Shown piece after piece: positions 17,472-27,445 of a stretch of 64,000 nucleotides of DNA. Each line of letters opens with the position of its first letter. The first letter of the stretch is position 1. Position numbers and translations under genes: made by a program. The DNA comes from an uncultured Planctomycetia bacterium (lineage in GTDB: Bacteria; Omnitrophota; Gorgyraeia; 2-02-FULL-51-18). The stretch is taken from the NCBI GenBank assembly GCA_964431835.1, contig CAYSKO010000001.1, positions 42,131 to 106,130 of the forward strand. Reading direction: 5' to 3'. The notes beneath the pieces are model-generated. The model was not told the DNA's origin. It did not search any database and saw only the letters and a list, made by a program, of their open reading frames with translations.

Positions 17472-18860
17472 GTGTCCAAAGCCGTAAGCACCCCGAGTGT
17501 CGAATCCATCCTCAATACCGTCATCGACGCGATTATCGCGATTGATGAAGACGGCGTCATTCAGTCAGTTAATCCCGCCGTGGAAAAGATTTTCGGCTAT
17601 CATCCTGAAGAGCTCATTGGAAAAAAAAACGTCAGCGTGCTCATGCCCAATCCTTACAGCCGTGAACACGACGGGTACATTCAAAATTACCTTCGGACGG
17701 GAATAGCCAAGATTATCGGCATCGGGCGCGAAGTGGTCGGGCAGAGAAAGGACGGGACGGTTTTCCCGGCGTATCTCGGTATTAATGAGGGCCGCAAAGA
17801 AGGAGGCAAGCGATTCTTCACCGGGGTCATCCGCGACATCACCGAAGTCAAGCGATACCAGGACGAGCTCAAAAAACAGGGTGAATTCACTGCCGCCGTC
17901 CTTAACACCGTGCGCTCGCTCGTGTTGGTGCTTGACCGCCAGGGCCGTATCGTCAATTTTAACCGCGCCTGTGAGGAGACCACCGGCTATTCCTTTCAGG
18001 AAATCGCGGGAAAGCCGTTTTGGGATTTTTTTCTTACAATGGAAGATAAAGATTCGATCATCAAAAGTTTTTTGAGCGCGGATCCAAAACAGCTCGTGAA
18101 TAATTTTGAAACGATCTGGCTGACCAAGAAAGGCGAGAGGCGGCTCATCGCATGGTCCAATTCGTTGCTTTTTGACAAGCAGAACTCTCCGGAATACGTC
18201 ATCGGCACAGGCATTGATATCACCGAGCGCCGTCATTTGGAGCACATGGTGCTCGAGATCACGAAAAAAGAACAGCGGCGAATTGGGCAGGAACTTCATG
18301 ACGGTTTGGCGCAACATTTAACGTCTACGGCAATTGTGGCAAAGGTACTCGAACAAAAATTGACGCGCCAATCGTCGCCGGCCGCGCGAGAATTAAAGCG
18401 AGTGGTCGGAATGGTGAACCAGGCCGTCACGCAGACGCGCGAGCTGGCCCAGGGTCTTTATGCTTTGGAAATGCATTCCGAAGATCTGGTCTCGTCGCTT
18501 AAAAAACTCGCTAGCGATACGGAAAAAACGCTGGGCATCCGGTGTGTCGCCCAAATCGGAAATGTTCCTGTTCCCGGGGGAGAAGTGGCGAGGCATCTTT
18601 ACCGTATCGCCCGGGAGGCCGTCGGCAACGCGGTGAAGCACGGCCAGGGGAAGAATATTACAATTCAATTAAGGAAGAAGAATGTCCGCGAGTCAGAATT
18701 GAGAATCGAAAACGACGGCAAGCCTTTCAAAACCCCCACCCCTCAGAAAGGGCTGGGATTACGCATGATGCGATCTCGGGCTGCGCTCTTCAACGCTTCG
18801 TTCGACATCGCGGCGTCACGCACGGGCACCGTCGTCAGCTGTATTTTTCCCGTTTCATGA
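17472..18860 (+). CDS. Sensor histidine kinase: FixL-like heme-type PAS + second PAS + HisKA_3 + HATPase_c
   Basis: PAS1 is 'LMPNPYSREHDGYIQNYLRTG...GQRKDGTVFPAYLGINEG...RFFTGVIRDITE', which closely resembles the FixL heme-PAS including the proximal His. The H-box is 'EQRRIGQELHDGLAQHLT' (NarX/DegS type). The G-boxes are 'GKPFKTP...GLGL'. Confidence 0.75.
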   Translation: MSKAVSTPSVESILNTVIDAIIAIDEDGVIQSVNPAVEKIFGYHPEELIGKKNVSVLMPNPYSREHDGYIQNYLRTGIAKIIGIGREVVGQRKDGTVFPAYLGINEGRKEGGKRFFTGVIRDITEVKRYQDELKKQGEFTAAVLNTVRSLVLVLDRQGRIVNFNRACEETTGYSFQEIAGKPFWDFFLTMEDKDSIIKSFLSADPKQLVNNFETIWLTKKGERRLIAWSNSLLFDKQNSPEYVIGTGIDITERRHLEHMVLEITKKEQRRIGQELHDGLAQHLTSTAIVAKVLEQKLTRQSSPAARELKRVVGMVNQAVTQTRELAQGLYALEMHSEDLVSSLKKLASDTEKTLGIRCVAQIGNVPVPGGEVARHLYRIAREAVGNAVKHGQGKNITIQLRKKNVRESELRIENDGKPFKTPTPQKGLGLRMMRSRAALFNASFDIAASRTGTVVSCIFPVS

Positions 18861-19534
18861 AAAAACCTGCGGTCAAATCTCAAGCTAAAAAACGTGTTTT
18901 CCTGGTAGACGATCATCCGGCGATGAGACAAGGCCTCGAAGAATTGATCAATCAAGAGGCAGACCTTACGGTCTGCGGACAGGCCGGCGACGTTCCTTCG
19001 GCATTGGAGGGCATTCAAAAAACAAAGCCCGATATGGTGATCGTGGATTTGACGCTGAAGGACGCCAGCGGACTCGACCTTGTGAAAGACCTGAGGGTAC
19101 GCTTTGCCCAATTGCCGGTTCTCATTCTTTCCATGCATAACGAGGCGCTGTATGCGGAGCGTTCGATCCGCGCCGGTGCGCGCGGCTATATCATGAAAGA
19201 AGCCACGACCGAGAACATCATCAAAGCCATCCGTCAGATACTGAGCGGCGATATTTATCTCAGCCCCGAAGCGTCTTCAAAGATGCTCAAACGAATGGCC
19301 GGTGTCGGTCAGACCCAAACAGGTTCCGTCGAAGATTTGAGCGACCGGGAGCTCGAGGTTTTTAGACTCATCGGCGAAGGCTTAAGGACGCGAGACATCG
19401 CCGAGCGCCTCAACCTGAGCATCAAGACCGTCGAATCCTACCGCGAACACATCAAGACCAAGCTCCATCTCGACAACGCGGCCAAGCTCACCCGCGCCGC
19501 TGTCGAATGGGCCCAGAGCAATAAGCTAAACTAG
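18857..19534 (+). CDS. NarL/FixJ-family response regulator (REC + LuxR-type HTH)
   Basis: The receiver motifs are 'VFLVDDHP', 'MVIVDLTL' and 'LILSMHNE'. The HTH is 'LSDRELEVFRLIGEGLRTRDIAERLNLSIKTVESYREHI'. Its ATG overlaps the kinase stop (ATGA), which indicates translational coupling. Confidence 0.85.
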   Translation: MKKPAVKSQAKKRVFLVDDHPAMRQGLEELINQEADLTVCGQAGDVPSALEGIQKTKPDMVIVDLTLKDASGLDLVKDLRVRFAQLPVLILSMHNEALYAERSIRAGARGYIMKEATTENIIKAIRQILSGDIYLSPEASSKMLKRMAGVGQTQTGSVEDLSDRELEVFRLIGEGLRTRDIAERLNLSIKTVESYREHIKTKLHLDNAAKLTRAAVEWAQSNKLN

Positions 19535-19773
19535 TTGTTTGTGCAGGGGGATTCCCCGATACCCCCCCGAGATTCTCTCCCAAGAAATACAGGGCACGCC
19601 CCTGTTTTTAAAAACCCCCCTTTCTTCTAGTCTTTAGACTGGAAAGAATAACTCCCCCCACAATGGAGAATCGTTCCGTGAAAAAAATTCTCGACGCCTG
19701 TGGCCTATTTAAAACAATCGGACGAAGAAGTTTAAGGAGAGACAGCCGTGATCCGTATTGAAAACAAGACGAA

Positions 19774-21318
19774 ATGAATAAGTCAAGCACCCCCAGCGTT
19801 GAATCCATCCTCAAAACCGTCATCGATGCGATCATCTCGATCGACGAAACCGGTATTATCCAGTCCGTGAACCCCGCCGTCGAAAAGATTTTTGGCTATT
19901 CTCCCGAAGAGCTCATGGGAAAGAACGTCAGCATGCTCATGCCCGATCCTTACAGCCGCGAACATGACGGATATCTTAAAAAGTACCTTCGGACCGGCCA
20001 GGCCAAGATCATCGGCATCGGACGGGAAGTCGTCGCCAAACGAAAAGACGGGACTCTTTTTCCGGCGTATCTGGGCGTCAGCGAGGGTCACAAAGAGGGA
20101 GGCAGGCGTTTTTTCACCGGCATCATCCACGATCTCACCGAGGTCAATGCCTTGAAAAAGAAGGAAGCGCTGCTAAAAGCCTACGGCACCTACATGAACG
20201 CCATTATTGAAACCGTGAAGGACCCGTTTATCGTTCTTGATTCGACTCTGCGTATCAAAATGGCCAATCAAAGTTTCTATCAGACATTTCAGGTCGCTCC
20301 CGGTGAAACAGAAAATAAACTCATTTATGATGTGGGGAACGGCCAATGGAATGTCCCCGCCTTTCGTAAACTTTTGGAAAGCATTCTATCTCAAAAAATG
20401 GGATTTGATGATCATGAGGTCGAGAAAGAATTTCCGGGTATTGGACGCAGGATTATGACTGTCAGTGGCCATCAGATCCAAGACGATGGAAAAGAAGAAA
20501 CGATTCTTCTGACCGTTAGGGATATTACTTATCGCAAACAGATGGAGGAAAAGCTTAAAAGAGCCGTTTTAGAGCTTGAGCATTCCAACCGTGAGTTGGC
20601 GCAATTTGCCTACGTCGCTTCGCATGATCTACAAGAGCCTCTTCGCAAAGTCATCTCTTTTACCGAGCGCCTAAAAGAACAGACTAAAACGCTGGGGGAC
20701 GAAGCAAAAGTGAATTGTGAGAAAATTCATGCGTCCGGGATACGAATGAAAAGGGTTATTGAAGACATTCTTTATTTTTCAAGGATCGGTTCTCAAGAAA
20801 AAGCTTTTGAAGAGACCGACTTAAATCGAATCGCTCAGGATGTGATTTCCGACTTGGAGTTAAAAATTTTGGAAACGAAGACGAAGATCGAAGTAAAAGA
20901 ATTGCCGAAGATCCAGGCCAATAAATCATTGATACGCCATGTATTTCAAAATTTAATTCTAAATTCGATTAAATTCGCGAAGAAAGATGTCCGGCCCGAC
21001 ATTATTATCGACTGTTATTCTCAAGATAACTCGGTTGAAATCCGCTTTAAGGACAATGGCATCGGTTTCGATGAGAAGTATGTGGATAGAATATTCAAAC
21101 CTTTTCAACGTTTACACGCAAAACAGGAGTATGATGGAACGGGGATTGGTTTATCGATCTGTCATAAAATCGTCACTCAACATGGCGGCACGATAACAGC
21201 TAAGAGTAAGCCAGGTGAAGGCGCTACCTTTATTGTAATGCTCCCAATTAATGCGCATCAGGGAATCCCCGGTGCGCCCTCCAAGATTCTCTCCAAAGAA
21301 GTTCAGGTATTGCCCTGA
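19774..21318 (+). CDS. Sensor histidine kinase: FixL-like heme-type PAS + PAS + HisKA + HATPase_c
   Basis: Its N-terminal PAS is about 80% identical to PAS1 of the 17472 gene. The H-box is 'FAYVASHDLQEPLRKVISF'. The N/G boxes are 'NLILNSIKF', 'DNGIGFD' and 'GTGIGLSICHKIV'. Confidence 0.8.
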   Translation: MNKSSTPSVESILKTVIDAIISIDETGIIQSVNPAVEKIFGYSPEELMGKNVSMLMPDPYSREHDGYLKKYLRTGQAKIIGIGREVVAKRKDGTLFPAYLGVSEGHKEGGRRFFTGIIHDLTEVNALKKKEALLKAYGTYMNAIIETVKDPFIVLDSTLRIKMANQSFYQTFQVAPGETENKLIYDVGNGQWNVPAFRKLLESILSQKMGFDDHEVEKEFPGIGRRIMTVSGHQIQDDGKEETILLTVRDITYRKQMEEKLKRAVLELEHSNRELAQFAYVASHDLQEPLRKVISFTERLKEQTKTLGDEAKVNCEKIHASGIRMKRVIEDILYFSRIGSQEKAFEETDLNRIAQDVISDLELKILETKTKIEVKELPKIQANKSLIRHVFQNLILNSIKFAKKDVRPDIIIDCYSQDNSVEIRFKDNGIGFDEKYVDRIFKPFQRLHAKQEYDGTGIGLSICHKIVTQHGGTITAKSKPGEGATFIVMLPINAHQGIPGAPSKILSKEVQVLP

Positions 21319-21369
21319 TTTTCCAAATAGCCTCTAACGCGTAATCTTTAGACAACGGAGGCAAGCAAG

Positions 21370-21780
21370 ATGGACACCAAAAAAAATGGCCATAAGAAAA
21401 CGGCGGTACTTCTCATTAACAATGAGATCGTGTCGAATGCCCTGAAAAGTGTCTTGTCGGGCCTGGGTTATGAGGTTTCGCATGACACCCGCTCGTGCGC
21501 CGGAGCGGACATCGGGTTCGTTGGTTCCTACTTCGCGATTCTTGGTATTTTGAAGCAAATAAAGACAATCAATCCGTTGTTGCCGCTTGTTTTGATTGTT
21601 GATAGCGATGATGGCGAAATGGAAGCTGTCGAGTCGACAAAAGATCTTTATGACGTTATCAGACTCAAAAATCACAGCGAAGTGGAAATCAAGAACGATA
21701 TCTTGCGGTGGTTCTCGGAAGGCCGTGGAAAGCTCCAGGTCAAATTCAAAAAAACGATGAAAGAAGAGCAGCGAGGATAA
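21370..21780 (+). CDS. Hypothetical protein; possibly a degenerate receiver-like domain
   Basis: It is 136 aa with the alternating hydrophobic pattern of a REC fold, but the acidic pocket and phospho-Asp are not conserved. Confidence 0.3.
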   Translation: MDTKKNGHKKTAVLLINNEIVSNALKSVLSGLGYEVSHDTRSCAGADIGFVGSYFAILGILKQIKTINPLLPLVLIVDSDDGEMEAVESTKDLYDVIRLKNHSEVEIKNDILRWFSEGRGKLQVKFKKTMKEEQRG

Positions 21781-21784
21781 GCCC

Positions 21785-22780
21785 ATGATAAAAATTTTAA
21801 TAGCGTATGACGGTTCGGATTGTTCGGAAAAGGCTTTGCATGATTTGAGGAAGGGCGGTATGCCCGACGAGGCGGAGGCTTTCGTTTTTACGGTGGCGGA
21901 CAGTTGGAGGGATTTGTTCGACAGTCTCGATCTGTCCGGAGGCCCTTCTGTAGCGCCTCCAAAAGAGCTCAATCCTGCGGAGCTGTCGTCGAGTGAAGCG
22001 GCGGAAGTTTCCAAAAAAGGCGCGGCGACGCTGAGGGGTTATTTCCCGAATTGGACTGTGCATTCGGAATCCGTTTCGATCCTGCCCGCGATGGGATTGA
22101 TGGACCGGATTGAGTCGCTCAAGCCGGACCTCGTCGTCATGGGCTCTCACGGGAGGTCGAGCGTCGGGCGGGTTCTATTCGGAAGCGTTTCTCACAAAGT
22201 GCTGACGCACGCTCATTGCAATCTTCGTATTTCCCGGGGCCGTGACGACAAGGACCGCGCGGTCGATCCGCTGCGAATCGTAGTGGCTTATGACGGTTCT
22301 CAAGAATCCGAGATGGCCTTGGTGACGGTGCTCTGCCGAAAATGGCCTAAAGGCACCGCGGTCAAGCTGATTACGGTGATCGATACGAAAGTCTCATTGG
22401 CTTTTCTGCGTCCGACAGGCCCGATCAGCTATTGGGTCAGACAGGACGACAAAGATCCTCAGGGCTGGGTGAACCGGATGTTTATTGACCAAAAACGGCG
22501 GTTGGAAGATAAGGGCCTTATCGCCCATGTAGAAGCGATCAAGGGCGACCCGAAACGCATTCTCCTGAAGGAAGCGGAGGAATGGGGCGCAGACATGATT
22601 TTCGCGGGTCCACGCGGTCTGACGGGAGCGAAAGGGATCGCGGGAAGCGTTTCAACGACTCTCGCTACGCACGCGCATTGCACGGTTGAGATCGTGCATC
22701 GTTCTTGGGACGCCAGTGTGTGCTGCGAGAAATGGCAGGAAGAGCACAGGGACTGCATGAGCATGGACTTTAATTACTGA
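21785..22780 (+). CDS. Tandem universal stress protein (two UspA domains)
   Basis: Each half carries 'ILIAYDGS...' and '...LVVMGSHGRSSVGRVLFGSVSHKVLTHAHC' (second half 'IFAGPRGLTGAKGIAGSVSTTLATHAHC'). Confidence 0.8.
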   Translation: MIKILIAYDGSDCSEKALHDLRKGGMPDEAEAFVFTVADSWRDLFDSLDLSGGPSVAPPKELNPAELSSSEAAEVSKKGAATLRGYFPNWTVHSESVSILPAMGLMDRIESLKPDLVVMGSHGRSSVGRVLFGSVSHKVLTHAHCNLRISRGRDDKDRAVDPLRIVVAYDGSQESEMALVTVLCRKWPKGTAVKLITVIDTKVSLAFLRPTGPISYWVRQDDKDPQGWVNRMFIDQKRRLEDKGLIAHVEAIKGDPKRILLKEAEEWGADMIFAGPRGLTGAKGIAGSVSTTLATHAHCTVEIVHRSWDASVCCEKWQEEHRDCMSMDFNY

Positions 22781-22819
22781 AAACAATGATTTGAAGATCA
22801 AATTTTAAGGGGAGAAATC

Positions 22820-23308
22820 ATGAATATTTACGAACCGCTCGTGCAGGACTTTATGACGCTTCAACCGCAGACCATCGAAGGAAAAGAAAACGTCGAAACC
22901 GCGAAAGGGATGATGTCCAGATTCAGCATCCGCCATTTACCGGTCGTCAACGACGGCATCGTGGCAGGTATTTTGAGCGAACGCGAGCTGAACATTGCCG
23001 CAGGCATCGAGTGCATCGATCCGAAACAGCTACTGGTCATGGATATGTGCTCCGAGCGACCTTATGTCGTCCATCCCGACACGACGCTGCGGGAGGTCGT
23101 GGACGTCATGGCCAAGAAACATTTCGGATCGGCGATCGTGATGGAAAATACCAAGCTCGTCGGCATTTTCACCACCGTCGACGCTTGCCGGGCGCTTCAT
23201 AATTTACTAAACGACGCCGTCCAGGAGTCCAACCGCGAGTGCACCCAAAAGTTCAAGTTCTTCTTAAAACCCGATCGCAAAGTCGTGGGAGGGGGGAAGG
23301 TATCGTGA
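22820..23308 (+). CDS. CBS-domain pair protein (paralog of 15353)
   Basis: The motifs are 'IRHLPVVNDGIVAGILSEREL' and 'GSAIVMENTKLVGIFTTVDACRAL'. Confidence 0.7.
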   Translation: MNIYEPLVQDFMTLQPQTIEGKENVETAKGMMSRFSIRHLPVVNDGIVAGILSERELNIAAGIECIDPKQLLVMDMCSERPYVVHPDTTLREVVDVMAKKHFGSAIVMENTKLVGIFTTVDACRALHNLLNDAVQESNRECTQKFKFFLKPDRKVVGGGKVS

Positions 23309-23688
23309 ACCAAACCCATGTGTCAGGAGACGACAAGTGGATTTCACTCTTGTTGAGACTCTCTGTAGGAACGCTGTTCGGAACGATCGGTATCAATCAA
23401 ATGCAGGGTGGCGGAGACAGTCTCTCATTTTACGGCGACGCTTTTCAAGGTAGTTATCTCCCGGCATCATTGGTTCAAGGCTTTCTTGGGGCGCTTCCTT
23501 ATGTGGAGCTTTTTTTGGCGGCCTGGCTTTTAACCGGTATCTTGCAAAAGTGGGCCTGGATCAGCGGCGGATTTTTGCTCATTGCTTTATCGCTGGGACT
23601 ATTGGTGCTCGGCGAGGAGCAGGCGGCGGCCAATAACTCGCTTTATTTTTTGCTCATTGTGGCCGGTTTATATTTTCGCAGGCCGTGA
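23305..23688 (+). CDS. DoxX-family small membrane protein
   Basis: Its GTG start overlaps the upstream stop (GTGA). The DoxX N-terminal motif is 'LLLRLSVGTLFGTIGINQ', followed by further TM helices. Confidence 0.45.
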   Translation: MNQTHVSGDDKWISLLLRLSVGTLFGTIGINQMQGGGDSLSFYGDAFQGSYLPASLVQGFLGALPYVELFLAAWLLTGILQKWAWISGGFLLIALSLGLLVLGEEQAAANNSLYFLLIVAGLYFRRP

Positions 23689-23799
23689 CGATGGACAGAC
23701 TTTGGAAGGCGTACTGCTAGGCTTTTTTAAGTTAAGACAGTTTTGGGTATGAAAGTGGTGGGAAAGTTAAGCAGAAAGTACTAATAAAAAGTAGAGAAA

Positions 23800-24120
23800 A
23801 TGGCTAAATTAATGCGTATTGCGATGGTGATGGTGTTTACTTTGGGTTTGGGTTATTCGGCGGCTGCGTTTGCGTCGGATGAGTTCGTGAACGCTCAGGA
23901 TCACGCGACGTCGGCGGATCTCTATGCCCAGAAAGCGGCTGAGCAAAGCTCGCTTATCAATCAGCATGAGCGGATGATGAAGGATTCGGATTTCATGAGG
24001 AAGAATCCCTCCGCCACCGCTCAAATGGAAATGGCTCAGCACTGCGGAGCGATCATCTCAGCTGCAAAAAACCTGCAGAATGAACTCAAGAGCGCCGGAG
24101 ACTGGCACAAGAAACAGTAA
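23800..24120 (+). CDS. Small secreted/periplasmic hypothetical protein
   Basis: The signal peptide is 'MAKLMRIAMVMVFTLGLGYSAAAFA'. The mature part is about 80 aa and hydrophilic. Confidence 0.45.
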   Translation: MAKLMRIAMVMVFTLGLGYSAAAFASDEFVNAQDHATSADLYAQKAAEQSSLINQHERMMKDSDFMRKNPSATAQMEMAQHCGAIISAAKNLQNELKSAGDWHKKQ

Positions 24121-24301
24121 CGTAGGCTCAACTGAGACGGCTCATCGCGTAGGTGTCGGTGAGCCGTCTCTTAGTGAGACGGGAGGCGCCAAATTGATTT
24201 GTCCGGCAGACAGGCGAATTCAGGTCTTTTTGAACGATTACTTTAAACCGTTGCTCCCGGTGTCCCTTCCCGCTGTCACGCTGGTCTTGGACCGAGCGGG
24301 C

Positions 24302-27300
24302 ATGGCTCGGCATTTGTCCTTACCAATCGACTGTGACGAGTTCCATTCTGACATAATCAGCTCCTATCGCGTCAAACAGGGTGTCCTGCATAACCCCAAG
24401 AACGACCGGCGCACGACCCAGGGCGTATTTCACGTGGCCGAGGGAGGCCTTCCGATCGCTGACGACAAGATTGCGGCGCCCAAAGAGGTGTTCCGCGGGC
24501 TTCTGAAAGCGGCGCTGAATCCTCCCGCAGATATTTTGCGTCTTCCTTTCGCGTCGACCCAGGCGCATCCGACCGAGACATTCGTATCGCTTCTTCTGCG
24601 TCCGGTTGTGTGTCCTGAGGTCGAAGGGCTTTCTCCGCAAAAGACCATGGAGATCCGTTTCTTCGCTCCGGGAAACCTGATCGGCAATATCGATTTCGTG
24701 GAATCCATTTTCGGGAACGGCGGCGACCCGTTTCTTCCAAACAACGATGCCGCGCTGGATGCCGAGCATTGGACCGGTCATACCGGTTGTGTGATTCTGG
24801 CGCCGCATCTGACGCGGCTGCGCAAAAAGGACCTGGGGCTTCCGCGCCTAGAGGACGCCACCCAGCGACAGCGCCGCGACAAGATGTGCTGGAGCTCACC
24901 GGACGAGTTGTATAACGGCGGCGAGGCGTTCAAGATCACGTGCCGGGACGAACGTGGCGTTATCGTCACGCTGATCGCGGATAATTATTTCGGCTATTGC
25001 AAAAAGGAAGTCAAAACGCAGATCAGCTTCGCGGCAAATCTTTATGGTCTCACCGAAGAGGAGCATTCGGGCGGCGCCATTGCATTCGCCTCTTATGATC
25101 TCGGGGAGGAATTCGAGCTTGAGCGCCCCCAGTCCAGAAATGACAACACCTTCGACGACGTGTTGGCTTATTTGAAGGACGACCTCGAGTCACAAGACGG
25201 GGGATACGCAGTCGATCGCGAGAACCCCGATGTCGTCTTCGTGCCGGCTTCGGCGCGTTTTAGCATCCCAAAAGGCACGGTTTACTGGAACGTGGGCGAG
25301 AAAGTAACATCGATCCGGCTCCTGGCCAACCGCACGTACGTACTTCCCGGCGGTTACCGCATCCGCATGAAAAAGCAGACCGGGGGGCACTCTTGGCATC
25401 TCGTCGGAACGCTCGCCGAGGGTGTACATTGCCACAAGCCGTGCACCGTCTCGGGCGGTGGGAAATCCGAAATCTCCAAATCGATCGTCGACGCGATGAT
25501 TCAAGGCCCAGTGTTCACCGGAAATTTCAAAGAAGACCAAGACATGGCCGACCGCATTTTGAATCGCGATTATTCGGACCGTTTCAAAAATCAATTTTCT
25601 AGGCCCGGACCGAGCCGACCGCTCCTGAGCTCCAAGCGCTCGCTGGGGTCGGTCATCAAAATGCTCACCGTGTCCGACGAATACACCGAAGAATACAACG
25701 GGTGGCTGCGTTCGGTGCCGGACCACCTGAGGGAGATCGTGTTCACGGTGAAGCGGTTCTATCGCCCCGAGTGGACGGACCGCTGGTGGGACCCTTTTTC
25801 CGTGGATATCGTGAACGGGGACAGGGGGCACGAGCTTCGTTTCAGAGGACGAAAGCTGATCGCCAATTATCTGCGTGTCGGCCGCAGTGAGGACAATTCC
25901 TGTAAAATATTTCGGGTCCGGTCTGATTTTTTCGCCGCAGAAAAAATTCAGACCGCCGACGACATCACGGCCTCAATCACGGTGCCGAGACAGGCCCTCA
26001 AAGGGCTCGCGCCGGAATTCAAGCACGCGAGCGTGAAATTGATCGCGAACTGCGAATCCTATTTGTTCCAAAGGCCCGACGACGCCATTCACCGCGGCTA
26101 CGACAAACAGGCCGAAGCCGACATCGCGACTCCCGACACTTTTTTGTCCAATTTCGAACCACTCAACACGGAGGGCGTCCGCCGGATCGTCGAAGACGCC
26201 GTGGTGTTCGATAGCTACACAGAACCGATGAAGAAATTGCTGACGGATTTCCTGTCTGAAGCCAAAGACGGCGGGTTCGTAGTGTCTTCCGCGCATCCGA
26301 GACTAGTGAATGGCACGCCGACCAAGAACCCGCGATATCTCCAGAGGCGTCCCGACCTAACGGACCCCAAAAAAATCCGAATCGCGAAAATTTGCACGCG
26401 GTTGTTCAGAGGGCTAACCTCTAAGGAGCCGGTCTACTGGCCGGTGAACGCGGTTCTTCCGGGACGGCGCAACAACCCCCCGGACGTGAAAGCGGGCGTG
26501 CCGGCCATGGCCGTGTACAACCCGATTCACTACCAGGAGCTCCCTGAGCTTTTTCTCGATTTCATTTGTTCGCTGACCGGAAAATCTCCCTCGACAACCG
26601 GATTTGGTTCTGAAGGTGCGCTCACGAAGGGGCCCTTCAACGCGCTCCTGCCGATCGCGGATCTCAACAACGCGTTCGTCGCTTTAGCGGTGAGCGGCTA
26701 TGACGGTTTCAGCTCGGCTGCCGGCCATATCGGGCCCAAGTACCGGGTGGATCACGATATAAGCCTGCTGATTCCAGAGATCTGGTGCCGCATGCGGCCC
26801 GAAGAACAAAGCGCGGAATTCTTGATCCGCGGCGGCTACCTTGAGAAGGTCAAGGATTTCGAATATGGCGGAAAGACCATTCGCGCGAGTATCCTGGGCT
26901 ACCGAATAACCCAGCGGTTCGTCAGCGCGTTCCTGGGACGAATTTTCAGCAATCCGAACATCGTTTTCGACAAGCTGATGCTCATGCCGGAGCTTCAAGA
27001 CATGGATGTCTATGTCGAAGGCATCGAAAATATTTTGATCACGCAGAAACGGGTCGTCGAAAACTATTTCAACGACCACAGCGTCGAAGCGGCCGTGCCG
27101 CCCCTGAAAGCGCTGCTTCATATCATGCGCGACGGGCATTACGAAGGAAAAGACGCTCAGCATTCGGACATCCGGACGCTTTTCACGAAAGATTCAGTCT
27201 TGAAAAGCGATTGGTACGCGCGACGGCTCAAAGAAAGACAACAGATCGAAATAGCGCTTTGGATGAAGCACGAGGCGGCGCTCAGCGAATCGCTGGATTC

Positions 27301-27445
27301 CAAAACAGTCCTCGATGAGTCGTTCCGGACTGAACTCAAACGCCGTCTATCGGCGGCGCGTTCGGCCCTTCAAGACGTCCGGTCCTTCGATTATTGGAAA
27401 AGCTTCTCCGGCACCATCGGCGCGGACTGCTCGCTACGGGCATGA
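24302..27445 (+). CDS. Large (about 1047 aa) conserved hypothetical cytoplasmic protein, family not recognised
   Basis: The ORF is long and clean, with codon usage matching its neighbours. Its stop overlaps the downstream ldhA start. The track ORF opens at 24080, but that stretch overlaps the preceding gene. I chose the first ATG after the overlap (24302) as the start; this is uncertain. Confidence 0.5.
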   Translation: MARHLSLPIDCDEFHSDIISSYRVKQGVLHNPKNDRRTTQGVFHVAEGGLPIADDKIAAPKEVFRGLLKAALNPPADILRLPFASTQAHPTETFVSLLLRPVVCPEVEGLSPQKTMEIRFFAPGNLIGNIDFVESIFGNGGDPFLPNNDAALDAEHWTGHTGCVILAPHLTRLRKKDLGLPRLEDATQRQRRDKMCWSSPDELYNGGEAFKITCRDERGVIVTLIADNYFGYCKKEVKTQISFAANLYGLTEEEHSGGAIAFASYDLGEEFELERPQSRNDNTFDDVLAYLKDDLESQDGGYAVDRENPDVVFVPASARFSIPKGTVYWNVGEKVTSIRLLANRTYVLPGGYRIRMKKQTGGHSWHLVGTLAEGVHCHKPCTVSGGGKSEISKSIVDAMIQGPVFTGNFKEDQDMADRILNRDYSDRFKNQFSRPGPSRPLLSSKRSLGSVIKMLTVSDEYTEEYNGWLRSVPDHLREIVFTVKRFYRPEWTDRWWDPFSVDIVNGDRGHELRFRGRKLIANYLRVGRSEDNSCKIFRVRSDFFAAEKIQTADDITASITVPRQALKGLAPEFKHASVKLIANCESYLFQRPDDAIHRGYDKQAEADIATPDTFLSNFEPLNTEGVRRIVEDAVVFDSYTEPMKKLLTDFLSEAKDGGFVVSSAHPRLVNGTPTKNPRYLQRRPDLTDPKKIRIAKICTRLFRGLTSKEPVYWPVNAVLPGRRNNPPDVKAGVPAMAVYNPIHYQELPELFLDFICSLTGKSPSTTGFGSEGALTKGPFNALLPIADLNNAFVALAVSGYDGFSSAAGHIGPKYRVDHDISLLIPEIWCRMRPEEQSAEFLIRGGYLEKVKDFEYGGKTIRASILGYRITQRFVSAFLGRIFSNPNIVFDKLMLMPELQDMDVYVEGIENILITQKRVVENYFNDHSVEAAVPPLKALLHIMRDGHYEGKDAQHSDIRTLFTKDSVLKSDWYARRLKERQQIEIALWMKHEAALSESLDSKTVLDESFRTELKRRLSAARSALQDVRSFDYWKSFSGTIGADCSLRA

